A stretch of 64,000 nucleotides of DNA, from assembly GCA_045578725.1 (NCBI GenBank), contig JAZNKS010000028.1:12955-76954 (forward strand). Reading direction: 5' to 3'. Position numbers and translations under genes: made by a program. The number at the start of each line of letters is the position of its first letter. Positions within the stretch are counted from its first letter, which is position 1. Shown piece by piece: positions 1 through 9,025 of this stretch. Source of the stretch: Candidatus Flemingiibacterium sp. (GTDB lineage: Bacteria > Bacillota > Clostridia > Oscillospirales > CAG-272). The notes under the pieces are model-generated. The model worked only from the letters and a program-made list of their open reading frames with translations. It was not told where the DNA came from and did not search any database.

Positions 1-795
1 ACCTGGACCAAGGAAGCGCTGGCCGGTGAGGATTTCTGGGATCTGTCCTATGAGCCCGCCCAGCCGAGAACCGGTATCGGTCATCGCTATTACTATGCCA
101 ACGCGATGGCACGCCATTATGTTCAGCGCGGCTTCACGGCGCTGGCCTGTGAGGATCTCTGTGTCGGCGAGCACGGTGATGTGCTGGATCCCCATCAGGT
201 GGAAAAGCTGCTGATCGGTCAGGGCCGCTCCATGATGGGTGTCACCGTCGAGCTGCGGCTTGCCATGATGAAATGGCTGAAGACCCGCCCGTGGGTTGAC
301 CGCGACAAGCTGGCGGTCAGCGGCCACTCGCTCGGAGTGGATTCTCTCATGCACCTCTGCATTCTGGACGAGGAGATCAAGGCCTTTGTTTACAACGATT
401 ACATCTGCGACTGGCAGGAGCGGATGAGCTGCTGCACGCCGCCCGAAAATGTCCCGACCGTTCCGTGGCATATGTACGGCGGGATGTGGAAATGGTACAC
501 CTATCCGGATCTCCTGGCCGCCTTCGCGCCGAGAAAGCTTTTCATCACCGAGGGAGGCCCCACCTCCTATCTGCTCCGGCTGAAGGAAGCCTATACAGAG
601 CTTGGTGCCGCCGATCACTTCCGTTATGACTATTATCCGGATTACGCGGATCCCGCAAACCGCCTCCATGACGGGGAGGAGCTGGCCAAGGGAACCACAA
701 GCGATGCGTATCTGGAATACTGCAACGTGGTTGCCGCCAAGCATTTCTTCAAGTTTGAAACAGCCGCCCCGTGGCTCGAGGATGCGCTGAAATAA
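1..795 (+). CDS. alpha/beta-fold hydrolase, 5' end outside the window
   Basis: Frame 1 is open from nt 1 to the stop at 795; the track ORF 106..795 is only the part after an internal Met. It has a nucleophile-elbow GHSLG motif. No finer family assignment is possible by eye. Confidence 0.6.
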   Translation, partial: TWTKEALAGEDFWDLSYEPAQPRTGIGHRYYYANAMARHYVQRGFTALACEDLCVGEHGDVLDPHQVEKLLIGQGRSMMGVTVELRLAMMKWLKTRPWVDRDKLAVSGHSLGVDSLMHLCILDEEIKAFVYNDYICDWQERMSCCTPPENVPTVPWHMYGGMWKWYTYPDLLAAFAPRKLFITEGGPTSYLLRLKEAYTELGAADHFRYDYYPDYADPANRLHDGEELAKGTTSDAYLEYCNVVAAKHFFKFETAAPWLEDALK

Positions 796-863
796 CCTTT
801 TTTCCGGGGGCTTCGGCTCCCGGAATTTTCGTAAAAATGTGCGAAGTTTTTTTCAAAAAGGTA

Positions 864-892
864 TTGACAAAAGCGGGATATTATGATATAAT
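864..892 (+). promoter_or_regulatory. sigma-A type promoter of the rplJL operon
   Basis: TTGACA (864-869), 17-nt spacer, TATAAT (887-892), with an extended -10 reading TGATATAAT. Confidence 0.55.
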
Positions 893-897
893 ATCAA

Positions 898-1075
898 GCG
901 TTGAGTCCTAAGACCACAGGTTAGAGAGCCGCAAGGCCCTCCGCAAAAGAGCAATCCACCCTGTCGAGGATGATTTTTACAAAAGAATAACCGCGTCCGC
1001 TTGACGGCGTGTGTGCCATATTTTGTAGAATCTTTCTTCGAGCCTTGGGCTTAGACGAAGGATTTTTTATTTTTC
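898..1075 (+). promoter_or_regulatory. ribosomal protein L10 (rplJ) leader / attenuator region
   Basis: A roughly 180-nt 5' UTR lies between the promoter and rplJ. It ends in the hairpin cttcg-agcc-ttg-ggct-taga-cgaag (1036-1060) followed by a U-run (1063-1075). Position and layout match the L10 autoregulatory leader of Firmicutes. It was not scored against a covariance model. Confidence 0.45.
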
Positions 1076-1090
1076 ATGGAGGTGAAATTT

Positions 1091-1615
1091 ATGCCTAGTG
1101 AGAAGATTTTACTCCAGAAGCAGCAGGCAGTTGCTGAGCTGACCGACAAGATCAAGGCCGCTCAGGCAGGTGTTATCGTCAACTATTCCGGTATCACCGT
1201 TGCTGACGACACCGCACTCCGCGCAGCCCTTCGCAAGGCAGGCGTTGAGTACACCGTTCTCAAGAACCGTATGATCGGCCGCGCTTGTGACAATGTTGGT
1301 TACGGCGAACTGAACAAGGTTCTCGAAGGCATGACTGCTATCGCAATCAGCACGGAGGATCCGGTTGCACCGGCGAAGATTCTGAAGGAATACGCCGATA
1401 AGATCGAAACCTTTGAGCTGAAGGGCGGCTTCGTTGACGGAGGCGTTCTCGACAAAGCAGGCGTAGAAGCTCTGGCCGCTATCCCGCCGAAGCCCATGCT
1501 CGTCGGCAAGATGCTCGGCTCGCTTCAGAAATCGCTCTACGGTCTGGCCTATGTACTTCAGGCAAAGATCGACAAGGAAAACGGCGGCGCCGAAGAGGCT
1601 CCTGCCGAAGCGTAA
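1091..1615 (+). CDS. rplJ: 50S ribosomal protein L10
   Basis: The translation MPSEKILLQKQQAVAELTDKIK...GITVADDTALRAALRKAGVEYTVLKNR is typical L10. GGAGGTG lies 5-6 nt upstream of the ATG at 1091, so the track start at 1076 is inside the RBS. It sits directly upstream of rplL. Confidence 0.95.
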   Translation: MPSEKILLQKQQAVAELTDKIKAAQAGVIVNYSGITVADDTALRAALRKAGVEYTVLKNRMIGRACDNVGYGELNKVLEGMTAIAISTEDPVAPAKILKEYADKIETFELKGGFVDGGVLDKAGVEALAAIPPKPMLVGKMLGSLQKSLYGLAYVLQAKIDKENGGAEEAPAEA

Positions 1616-1659
1616 AATTTTACGCGACACACTAAATTATTATTTGGAGGTATTTTAAC

Positions 1660-2034
1660 ATGGCTACCGAAAAGACTACTGCTATTCTTGAAGAAATCAA
1701 GGCTCTTACCATTCTCGAACTTGCTGACCTCGTAAAGGCTCTGGAAGAGGAGTTCGGCGTATCCGCTGCTCCTGTTGCCGTTGCCGGCGCTGCTGTTGCA
1801 GCTGCTCCTGCTGAGGAAGAGAAGACCGAATTCGACGTTGTCCTGAAGTCCGCTGGCGCAAACAAGCTGGCTGTCATCAAGGTTGTCCGCGAAGTAACCG
1901 GTCTGGGCCTGAAGGATGCGAAGGACCTCGTAGAGGGCGCTCCCAAGACCCTGAAGGAAGGCGCTTCCAAGGAAGATGCCGAGGCTCTCAAGGCAAAGCT
2001 TGCAGAGGCTGGCGCAGAAATCGAAATCAAATAA
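1660..2034 (+). CDS. rplL: 50S ribosomal protein L7/L12
   Basis: [38 protein letters not shown]...Ala/Glu hinge...[28 protein letters not shown] is the canonical L7/L12 sequence. GGAGG RBS upstream. Confidence 0.97.
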   Translation: MATEKTTAILEEIKALTILELADLVKALEEEFGVSAAPVAVAGAAVAAAPAEEEKTEFDVVLKSAGANKLAVIKVVREVTGLGLKDAKDLVEGAPKTLKEGASKEDAEALKAKLAEAGAEIEIK

Positions 2035-2052
2035 GTTTGGTTTCAAACATAG

Positions 2053-2085
2053 AATCCGTTTCCTCCGGGAAACGGATTTTTTTTG
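2053..2085 (+). terminator. rho-independent terminator of rplJL
   Basis: An 11-bp perfect stem aatccgtttcc / ggaaacggatt (2053-2078) with loop tccg, followed by T8. Confidence 0.85.
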
Positions 2086-2096
2086 CTTCATCCCTA

Positions 2097-2125
2097 TTGC
2101 CAAACGGTGCAATCTGTAGTATAAT
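2097..2125 (+). promoter_or_regulatory. sigma-A type promoter (drives the 2132-2240 RNA and/or the SPFH gene)
   Basis: TTGCCA (2097-2102), 17-nt spacer, TATAAT (2120-2125). Confidence 0.45.
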
Positions 2126-2487
2126 AGAGGGGAGGCTGAGCCGGCTGGATGCCGGTATTTTGCGCACGGAGTTCCGCGGCGTATGATAAAAAGTCTCCTG
2201 TTGTGGGTTCGATTCCCATCACTCGGCTTCGGCCGTTTTTCTGGATGAAAAACACACATGATCAAGCTTCCTTCGGGAAGCGCAAAAAAAAGGCACTTGT
2301 CCGGCCGCCCAAGGCTCGTCCGACGGCGGCAGTATACCGTCTGCCCTGCCCCATCCCGGATACCGCACGCTGCCCGTCCGGCCAGAGTCCATGACTTCCG
2401 CCGGCCGTCACACGTGCTCAACGGATCGGCCGCAGCCGGTGTACGGACAGTGCCCGAAAAATCTCCTTCATGAAAGGTTAAGATACA

Positions 2488-3582
2488 ATGAAAACGATTA
2501 TCCACGAAAACGAGCGCGGCCTCCTCTTCCGGGATGGCCGTCTGGAAAAGCTGCTCCTTCCCGGCTCCTATCACACCTTCGGCGGCCGCTTTGTTGAGCT
2601 GCTTCCCATCGCCGGAAAGCTGTCCTCCGAGCTTTGCCCGCTGGATACCCTTCTGCAGAACCGCGACATCGCCAAATGCACCGTGAGTGTCGCCGTAGCG
2701 GACGGTCACCGGGTTCTCCATTATGTTGACGGCAATTTTTCCGAGCTTCTCCTGCCCGGCAAATACGCCTTCTGGACGGTATCCCAGGAGCACACCTTCA
2801 CCGATATCGACATCGCATCGCCAGAGATTACCGATCTTCCGCCGGCGGTACTCGCCGCCCTGCCCGAGGAGGCTGTCATGCGGATTACGGTCCTTGACTG
2901 GCAATGTGCCCGGCTCTATTATGACCGCAGGCTGGTCCGCGTGCTGGAGGGCGGCATCTATTTCTTCTGGCGCGGCTCCTGCGACATCGCGGCCGAATAT
3001 GTGGATCTGCGGCTGACCCAGCTGCTGATCACCGGTCAGGAGCTTCTCACCTCGGACAAGGTCGCCCTGCGGATCAGCTTCGTCTGCCATTACCGCATCA
3101 CGGATCCTGTGAAGATCGACCGGGAAATCGACGATTTCCGGGAACAGCTCCATACCGCCGCCCAGCTGGCTATGCGCGATTATGTCGGCCATCGCACGCT
3201 GGATGAGATTTTGGAAAAGAAGGAGGAGCTGTCCGCCTTCGTATCCGAACGACTCTCAGCCAAGGCCTCCGAGCTTTATATCGCCGTCAGTGATGCCGGC
3301 GTGCGGGATATCATCCTGCCCGGCGATGTGCGGGAGATCATGAACACCGTGCTTCTGGCCGAAAAGAATGCGCCGGGCAATGTCATCACCCGCCGCGAGG
3401 AGGTCGCCTCCACCCGTTCCCTGCTGAATACCGCACGGCTGATGGATGAAAACAAGACCCTCTACCGGCTCAAGGAGATGGAAACCATCGAGCGGATCTG
3501 CGAGCAGGTCGGAAACATCCAGTTGAACGGTAGCGGCGATCTTCTGGAGCAGCTGAGCGCACTTCTCGGCAAAAAGGAATAA
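2488..3582 (+). CDS. SPFH/band-7 (slipin-like) domain protein
   Basis: 364 aa. The C-terminal half, LLTSDKVALRISFVCHYRITDP...RDIILPGDVREIMNTVLLAEKNA...REEVASTRSLLNTARLM, matches the SPFH core plus the following helical region. Confidence 0.8.
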   Translation: MKTIIHENERGLLFRDGRLEKLLLPGSYHTFGGRFVELLPIAGKLSSELCPLDTLLQNRDIAKCTVSVAVADGHRVLHYVDGNFSELLLPGKYAFWTVSQEHTFTDIDIASPEITDLPPAVLAALPEEAVMRITVLDWQCARLYYDRRLVRVLEGGIYFFWRGSCDIAAEYVDLRLTQLLITGQELLTSDKVALRISFVCHYRITDPVKIDREIDDFREQLHTAAQLAMRDYVGHRTLDEILEKKEELSAFVSERLSAKASELYIAVSDAGVRDIILPGDVREIMNTVLLAEKNAPGNVITRREEVASTRSLLNTARLMDENKTLYRLKEMETIERICEQVGNIQLNGSGDLLEQLSALLGKKE

Positions 3583-3585
3583 GAA

Positions 3586-3620
3586 GAACGGCTTCCGCCA
3601 AAATCGGAAGCCGTTCTTTC
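3586..3620. terminator. bidirectional rho-independent terminator
   Basis: A 12-bp stem gaacggcttccg / cggaagccgttc (3586-3616). It is T-rich on the plus side after the stem and A-rich before it. It lies between convergent genes. Confidence 0.8.
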
Positions 3621-3622
3621 AA

Positions 3623-5113
3623 TTATTTGTTATTCAGACCGTCAAGCAACTTGTTCAGAGCAACCTTAACCGATGCCTCATGTGCTGCCGCATATGATGC
3701 GAGCTGATTGTCGCCGCCCTCTACCATGCTCATCATTACATTCACATAAGTTGCCGTAACTCCGAGGTTCCGGGCGAACTCCGTGCCGCGCGTTGTACGA
3801 ATCAGTTCGAACATTTCAATAGACTCCTCGTTGCGAAGTCCCTTCTGTCCGATGCGGACCTCATACAGAAGCGGAAGCACGCTCTTGTAGCTTTCATAGG
3901 TCAAAGCATCCAGAATAACACCGGCGCGCGAGGGATCGCTCTGCGTAGCCGGAATACCCAGCAGGGATACGCTGGCCGAAGTGAAAGCCGAATAGCCGTC
4001 CTGCGATTCCTCGTATTTCGGAATCGGAAGCAGTCCATAGGTTGCCTCCATATCGCGGAGAAGCGCGGTGGACTTAACTTCGCAGGTAATGAACATCGCA
4101 CGGTTTGTACGGAAAAGATCAATATATCCGCCGACTGCGCTGTCGTCGCCGTTTACGCGAACTTTACCGGAATCCTGGTCAAACAGATTGATCAGCTTTT
4201 CCACGCAGCTGTCCAGCCGCTCGCTCGTAAGATTTACCGCAAATCCGTCGCCTTCCGCAGCAACAAAGCGATGACCGGAGGAATACATAAATGCCGGAAT
4301 AACAGCACTGCTGGCTGCGATACCGTATACAGCTTCGCCATCCTCACTGAACGAGAAAGACTCGTCACCGTTGAGATTAGCCGAAGCTGCCGCATACTCA
4401 TTCAGCTTGTCAATCGTCCACTTGCCGTCACGAACCAGCTGATACGGCTTTTCCAGCTTATAATCTTCCATCAGTTCCTCGTTGAACAGAAGGCACCAGC
4501 AAAGCTCAACGGACATCAGATGAAGCGGGCCCGAAGCAACAAACTGCTTGCCGTTCAGGTTATAGGATTCATTCAGAACCCGGTCCCAATACTCCTCATC
4601 CAGCTTCAGTTCCGGAACAGTCGCCATATCCAGCAGAGTTCCGTCCGTGATAACCGACGGCTTGAAGTGCGGCTGAATGTAGGCCGCATCGAATTCATCG
4701 TCATCGGCCAGAACCGAGTTGGTCAGCTTTTCGATCAGCGCAGTCTGGTCTGCAGCCCAGTTCGCATAATGCTCTTCGATCTCGACGAGTTCGAAGTTCA
4801 GTTTTTCCTCGACCTTGCGGTTACGGTCATACACCGCATCGTCAAGTTTTTCGCCGGTGGCCTGTTCGAAATCGAGATTCATGTAGCTTCCGTGATGCTC
4901 ATCAAAATTGAGAATCCGGAACTTATAGCCCTCGTAATCGACATCCGGATAATCGTATCCTTCTTCCACAACCGGAGCTGTGGTGTCGCTCGTGTTGTCT
5001 GTTCCCTCTCCGGAATCGGATCCGGTATCATGAGGAGCACCGCCGCCGCAAGAAACGGACAGCAGCAGAATGCCGCACATGAACAGGCTGATCAGTTGCT
5101 TTTTTGACATCAT
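3623..5113 (-). CDS. extracellular solute-binding lipoprotein (large ABC sugar-binding type)
   Basis: Start is taken at the MM pair (5113), giving MMSKKQLISLFMCGILLLSVSCGGG, a signal peptide with a lipobox Cys. The track start at 5218 would overlap the upstream gene. Size and C-terminal region are typical of roughly 500-aa carbohydrate SBPs. Confidence 0.8.
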   Translation of the reverse strand: MMSKKQLISLFMCGILLLSVSCGGGAPHDTGSDSGEGTDNTSDTTAPVVEEGYDYPDVDYEGYKFRILNFDEHHGSYMNLDFEQATGEKLDDAVYDRNRKVEEKLNFELVEIEEHYANWAADQTALIEKLTNSVLADDDEFDAAYIQPHFKPSVITDGTLLDMATVPELKLDEEYWDRVLNESYNLNGKQFVASGPLHLMSVELCWCLLFNEELMEDYKLEKPYQLVRDGKWTIDKLNEYAAASANLNGDESFSFSEDGEAVYGIAASSAVIPAFMYSSGHRFVAAEGDGFAVNLTSERLDSCVEKLINLFDQDSGKVRVNGDDSAVGGYIDLFRTNRAMFITCEVKSTALLRDMEATYGLLPIPKYEESQDGYSAFTSASVSLLGIPATQSDPSRAGVILDALTYESYKSVLPLLYEVRIGQKGLRNEESIEMFELIRTTRGTEFARNLGVTATYVNVMMSMVEGGDNQLASYAAAHEASVKVALNKLLDGLNNK

Positions 5114-5181
5114 TTCCAGTTGCCTTCTCAAGTCGAGAAAGCTCTCCTTCGATATATTATCTGTAGTATAACATACCTTTT

Positions 5182-6543
5182 TTATAATGTCAAGTGGTTT
5201 TGCAAAATAATTTGGCAAAAATTAATTCCGTAATATCGGAAGCATTCGATGGCTTCGCGCGTAATTTCCTCGCCGCAGACCGCAATCGGGACCGCTGGCG
5301 GGCATCCGACACTCGCCGAAGCGAGAATCCGACCTTCACAGGCATCGATCGGGAGAATTTCACGCGGCGACAGCATCGCCTCGCGGATGCTCATCCGCCG
5401 CAGAGGCCTTGGAAGAGCCGGTGCCGATTCCGTGATCGGCTCTCGCGGCTCAAGGGTTCCAAGCGCCGCCTCCAGGCGGGCAAGCCCCTTGGCTCCGGTT
5501 TGGGGGGTCACCATCCAGACAACAAAATCCGGATCGGCGAATTCGCTGACAATTCCCATCTTCAGCAGACAACCGGCGATCTCACGTCCGGTATAGCCGG
5601 AAGCTTTCGCATCCAGCGTCAGCTTGATCGGCTCATCGCCGATGAATTTCCATCCCGCCGCTTCAAGTCTGGCACGGCACGCACCGGCCGCCTCGCAAAG
5701 AGCCTGCAGCTCGGATCGATAATCGCCGGCCAGACAGGCATTGCAGGCATCCAGCGACTGCAGAATCAGATAGGACGGGCTGGTCGAGCCAAACAGCGCC
5801 ATCGCATCCCGTGCCGCATCCCGCATTGCCTGCGGGGCACGGTACGCGATGTGCAGATACGCGCCTCCGGTCAACACCGGGAGCGTTTTGTGTGCGGAAT
5901 CACAGCAGAGATCCGCGCCAAGCGCCAGCGGATGCCGATTCTCCGGCAGGAAATTCAGATAAGCGCCGTGGGCATTGTCCACCAGCAAAAGCATCCCGAA
6001 GCGGTCGCAGACCGCTCGCAGAGCCGTGATATCCTGCACAAAGCCGAGATAATCAGGGCTGGTGATATAGAGCGCCGACGGCTTTGGATGAGCAGCTTCC
6101 AGCTGCCGTGCGATTTCCTCCGGCGACAGAATACAGCTCAGGTAGGAGCCCTCCGTCCCCGAAAGCCACAGCACATCGAAATCCAGCAGGGCGCAGGCCG
6201 AAAGAAAGGTTTTGTGAGCATTCCGTCCGGCCGCAATCAGAGGCCGCTCCGTTCCGATGTGCTGGCGGAGCAGGGCCAGCATCGCGCGGATGCAGAGGGA
6301 GGATCCCTCCGTCGAATAGAAGGTCTCCGCGCTCCCGAACAGCGCCGAAGCGTTCCTCTCGCTTTCGCGGATGATGCCGTCCGCCTCATAAAGGCTGTCG
6401 GCACCGTCAATTTCGGTGATATCGAGCGCTTCCATCCCAAGTACGGATGCGCCCTTATGTCCGGGCATATGAAGCCGCAGAGCATCGGAGGCGGCATAGC
6501 GGCGGACGAAATCACAGATCGGGGTATTCACCTGGCGCCGCAT
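5182..6543 (-). CDS. PLP-dependent Orn/Lys/Arg decarboxylase-family protein
   Basis: N-terminal LHMPGHKG signature and the PLP-lysine motif DSAHKTLP. 453 aa. The start overlaps the scfB stop by 16 nt. Confidence 0.8.
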   Translation of the reverse strand: MRRQVNTPICDFVRRYAASDALRLHMPGHKGASVLGMEALDITEIDGADSLYEADGIIRESERNASALFGSAETFYSTEGSSLCIRAMLALLRQHIGTERPLIAAGRNAHKTFLSACALLDFDVLWLSGTEGSYLSCILSPEEIARQLEAAHPKPSALYITSPDYLGFVQDITALRAVCDRFGMLLLVDNAHGAYLNFLPENRHPLALGADLCCDSAHKTLPVLTGGAYLHIAYRAPQAMRDAARDAMALFGSTSPSYLILQSLDACNACLAGDYRSELQALCEAAGACRARLEAAGWKFIGDEPIKLTLDAKASGYTGREIAGCLLKMGIVSEFADPDFVVWMVTPQTGAKGLARLEAALGTLEPREPITESAPALPRPLRRMSIREAMLSPREILPIDACEGRILASASVGCPPAVPIAVCGEEITREAIECFRYYGINFCQIILQNHLTL

Positions 6544-7976
6544 GAAGCGCAGTCGCCGGAGCAGGCTTCGCCTTCACAGCCGCCCTCCTCCAGCTCCTTG
6601 GAAACCGCCAGCATGATCGCACATTCCATACGCTTGCGGAAGAGCTCGCACCCGGTCCTGTAGATGCCCTTGACCGAGCCGGTGGCGTGATAGGCATTGG
6701 CCGCACATCCGCCGGAGCAGTAAAGCTTCGCCCAGCAGTCACGGCAATCCTCGCGCGCGTAGACATTGCAGTTGGCAAATTCGTTCTGGATTTCGTGGTT
6801 GGTCACGCCGTCCCAGACATTTCCGAGCTTGAATTTTTCCTCGCCGACGAACTGGTGGCAGGGATAAAGATCGCCCCAGGGGGTGACCGCCATATATTCG
6901 GTGCCGGATCCGCATCCGGAAATCCGCTTGTAGATGCAGGGACCGTCATTGAGATCGAGCATATAGTGATAGAAGGTAAAGGGCTTGCCGGCCTTGCGGC
7001 GCTCCAGCATCAGCTGTGCCAGCTTTTCGTACTGCTCCATGACGATGGGCAGATCCTCGTCGGTCAGGCCAGCGGGATCACCGGGGGCCGATACCACCGG
7101 CTCCATGCTCAGCTCGTCAAAGCCGAGATCCAGCATCGTTTTGATATCCTCCAGGAAATCGGGGTTGGCGTGGGTGAAGGTGCCGCGCATATAGTAATTC
7201 TTCCCCTCGCGCGCCCGGACAAGCTGCTGGAATTTCGGGACGATCCGATCCCAGCTTCCCTTGCCTGCGTAGTCCACGCGATAGCGGTCATGAATCTCCC
7301 GGCGGCCGTCCAGCGAGAGAACCACATTGCTCATCTCGCGGTTGGCAAAGTCGATGACATCCTCGTCAATCAGCACGCCGTTGGTGGTCAGCGTGAAGCG
7401 GAAATTCTTGTGATGCGCCTTTTCCACGCTCCGCGCATATTCGACCAGCTGCTTGACAACATCGAAGTTCATCAGGGGCTCACCGCCGAAGAAATCGACC
7501 TCCAGATTGGTGCGGCTGCCCGAATTTTCGATCAGGAAATCCAGCGCGCGCTTGCCGACTTCAAAGCTCATCATGGCGCGCTCGCCGTGATATTTGCCTT
7601 GGCTGGCAAAGCAGTAGGAGCAGTTGAGGTTGCAGGTGTGAGCGATATGCAGGCAGAGCGCCTTGACGATGCCCGCGCTCCGGGCCTTCAATTCGCCCGC
7701 CATTGCTTCAAAGCTGTCATCGGCGAACAGCTGGCCGTCCTCCTTCAGAGCGGTGATCTGATCGAAGCATTCGGCCAGATCCGCCTCGGAAATCTTCCCT
7801 CCCTCGCCGTCATCCGCGCCGAGGTATTTTTCCTTCATCGCCGCCAGAATCGTTTCCCGATCCTCCCTCTCAAAGCGGGCGATTATATCGTATGCGATCT
7901 CGTCTACGGCATGAACCGCGCCGGAGCAGACGTCCAGCACGATGTTATAGCCTCCGAGCTTGTACTGATGTATCAT
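6528..7976 (-). CDS. scfB: radical SAM/SPASM thioether-forming SCIFF peptide maturase
   Basis: Start is taken at MIHQYKLGGYNIVLDVCSGAVHAVDE (ATG at 7976), the typical family N-terminus. It has the CNLNCSYCF radical SAM cluster motif and Cys-rich SPASM region. It lies immediately downstream of the SCIFF precursor. Confidence 0.9.
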   Translation of the reverse strand: MIHQYKLGGYNIVLDVCSGAVHAVDEIAYDIIARFEREDRETILAAMKEKYLGADDGEGGKISEADLAECFDQITALKEDGQLFADDSFEAMAGELKARSAGIVKALCLHIAHTCNLNCSYCFASQGKYHGERAMMSFEVGKRALDFLIENSGSRTNLEVDFFGGEPLMNFDVVKQLVEYARSVEKAHHKNFRFTLTTNGVLIDEDVIDFANREMSNVVLSLDGRREIHDRYRVDYAGKGSWDRIVPKFQQLVRAREGKNYYMRGTFTHANPDFLEDIKTMLDLGFDELSMEPVVSAPGDPAGLTDEDLPIVMEQYEKLAQLMLERRKAGKPFTFYHYMLDLNDGPCIYKRISGCGSGTEYMAVTPWGDLYPCHQFVGEEKFKLGNVWDGVTNHEIQNEFANCNVYAREDCRDCWAKLYCSGGCAANAYHATGSVKGIYRTGCELFRKRMECAIMLAVSKELEEGGCEGEACSGDCASCGAR

Positions 7977-8068
7977 ACAGGTACCAATCCTTGTTGTGAA
8001 TTTGAGGGCATCCGCCCGGTCATTCCATAAAGAATGCCGCCCTGCGGCGGCATTCTTATACTCAGAAC

Positions 8069-8224
8069 TTACTTGCTCTTCTTGTCCTTGCTCTCGCACT
8101 TCTGGTTGGCAATTCCGCAGCTGGTCTTGCAAGCCGACTGGCAAGAGGTCTGGCACTCACCGCAGCCGCCCTTCTTGGCGCTCTCGCAGAGATTGCGGGT
8201 CTTGAGAGTCTGAATATGCTTCAT
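8069..8224 (-). CDS. scfA: six-cysteine peptide SCIFF (ribosomal natural-product precursor)
   Basis: 51 aa: MKHIQTLKTRNLCESAKKGGCGECQTSCQSACKTSCGIANQKCESKDKKSK. The core GGCGECQTSCQSACKTSC is the SCIFF hallmark. The track ORF starts 22 codons too early. Confidence 0.9.
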   Translation of the reverse strand: MKHIQTLKTRNLCESAKKGGCGECQTSCQSACKTSCGIANQKCESKDKKSK

Positions 8225-8321
8225 GGTTATGACCTCCATATCATTGATATTAGCAATCATTATTATATCACAATCCGGAAACAAAGTCAATACACCGGAC
8301 GCAATTTATTGAAAAAATCCC

Positions 8322-9002
8322 TTATTTCAGCGCGCCGGAGGGGCCGGTTGCCGTACTTTCCTGCTCAAGACCGATATCCGAGAGGCCAAGGCGCTCGGTG
8401 ACGTAATCGGTGATAATCTTCGACTGCATTTCAATAGCCGGCTGTCTGAAGTGACAGCCATCACTCTGCGCCTCCGTCAGATCCAGGGCAGCCATAGGCG
8501 TATAGAGATCCAGAATCGGAAGTTCGTTTTCACCGGCGATCTTTGCCGTGCGCTCGTTGATGGCAATTACCTTTTCGTTCCGTGTCTTATCGCACAGCGG
8601 TGTGCTGAGCGTAACAACGAGCTTGGAATCCGGCAGCTTCTCCTTCAAAAAGCGGAGCGCCGCATCGAACGCCGTCATCCACTCATCGGGATCGGTAGAA
8701 AGGCTGTGAAGACCGTTGTTGAAGCTGACCATATCGTAATGATAAGCGCCGACAATAAAGTCCAGCTCGCGGAAATAATCCGGGTCGGTGACACACTTGG
8801 AGGAGGCCCAGAAGGTGACATTCGCCTTATCGGCCAGCTTGGCGCGGACCGCGCTCTGATAGCCGTTGCAGATCGAATCGCCGATCAGCAGAACGCGCGG
8901 TGCCGAGGTGTCACGGGAATTGTAGGTGTAGGTAATCGACCATTCGATGTTTTCGCGGGTGCGGGAGGTTTTCTCCGGCTGATAATCGATGTAGTTTGCC
9001 AT
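8322..9002 (-). CDS. SGNH/GDSL hydrolase-family protein
   Basis: Block I motif LLIGDSICNGY. The ATG at 9002 is preceded by AAGGAG, and this start avoids overlap with the upstream gene. Confidence 0.8.
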   Translation of the reverse strand: MANYIDYQPEKTSRTRENIEWSITYTYNSRDTSAPRVLLIGDSICNGYQSAVRAKLADKANVTFWASSKCVTDPDYFRELDFIVGAYHYDMVSFNNGLHSLSTDPDEWMTAFDAALRFLKEKLPDSKLVVTLSTPLCDKTRNEKVIAINERTAKIAGENELPILDLYTPMAALDLTEAQSDGCHFRQPAIEMQSKIITDYVTERLGLSDIGLEQESTATGPSGALK

Positions 9003-9025
9003 GATGCGCTTCTCCTTTTCCAAAA

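Noticed and set aside
2204-2228. The GGTTCGATTCC T-arm considered as a bona fide tRNA or tmRNA gene.
   Set aside because: No complementary acceptor strand, D arm or anticodon arm could be folded from the flanking 100 nt, and there is no CCA or tag-ORF context. It is kept only as a possible small RNA.
1558-3192. A 544-aa minus-strand ORF.
   Set aside because: It spans rplL, a terminator, a promoter and the SPFH gene on the opposite strand. It cannot coexist with those well-supported features.
5194-8030. Plus-strand ORFs of 489 aa (5194-6663) and 447 aa (6687-8030).
   Set aside because: They are antisense to the PLP decarboxylase and the SCIFF maturase, both of which carry diagnostic motifs. 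These are shadow ORFs.
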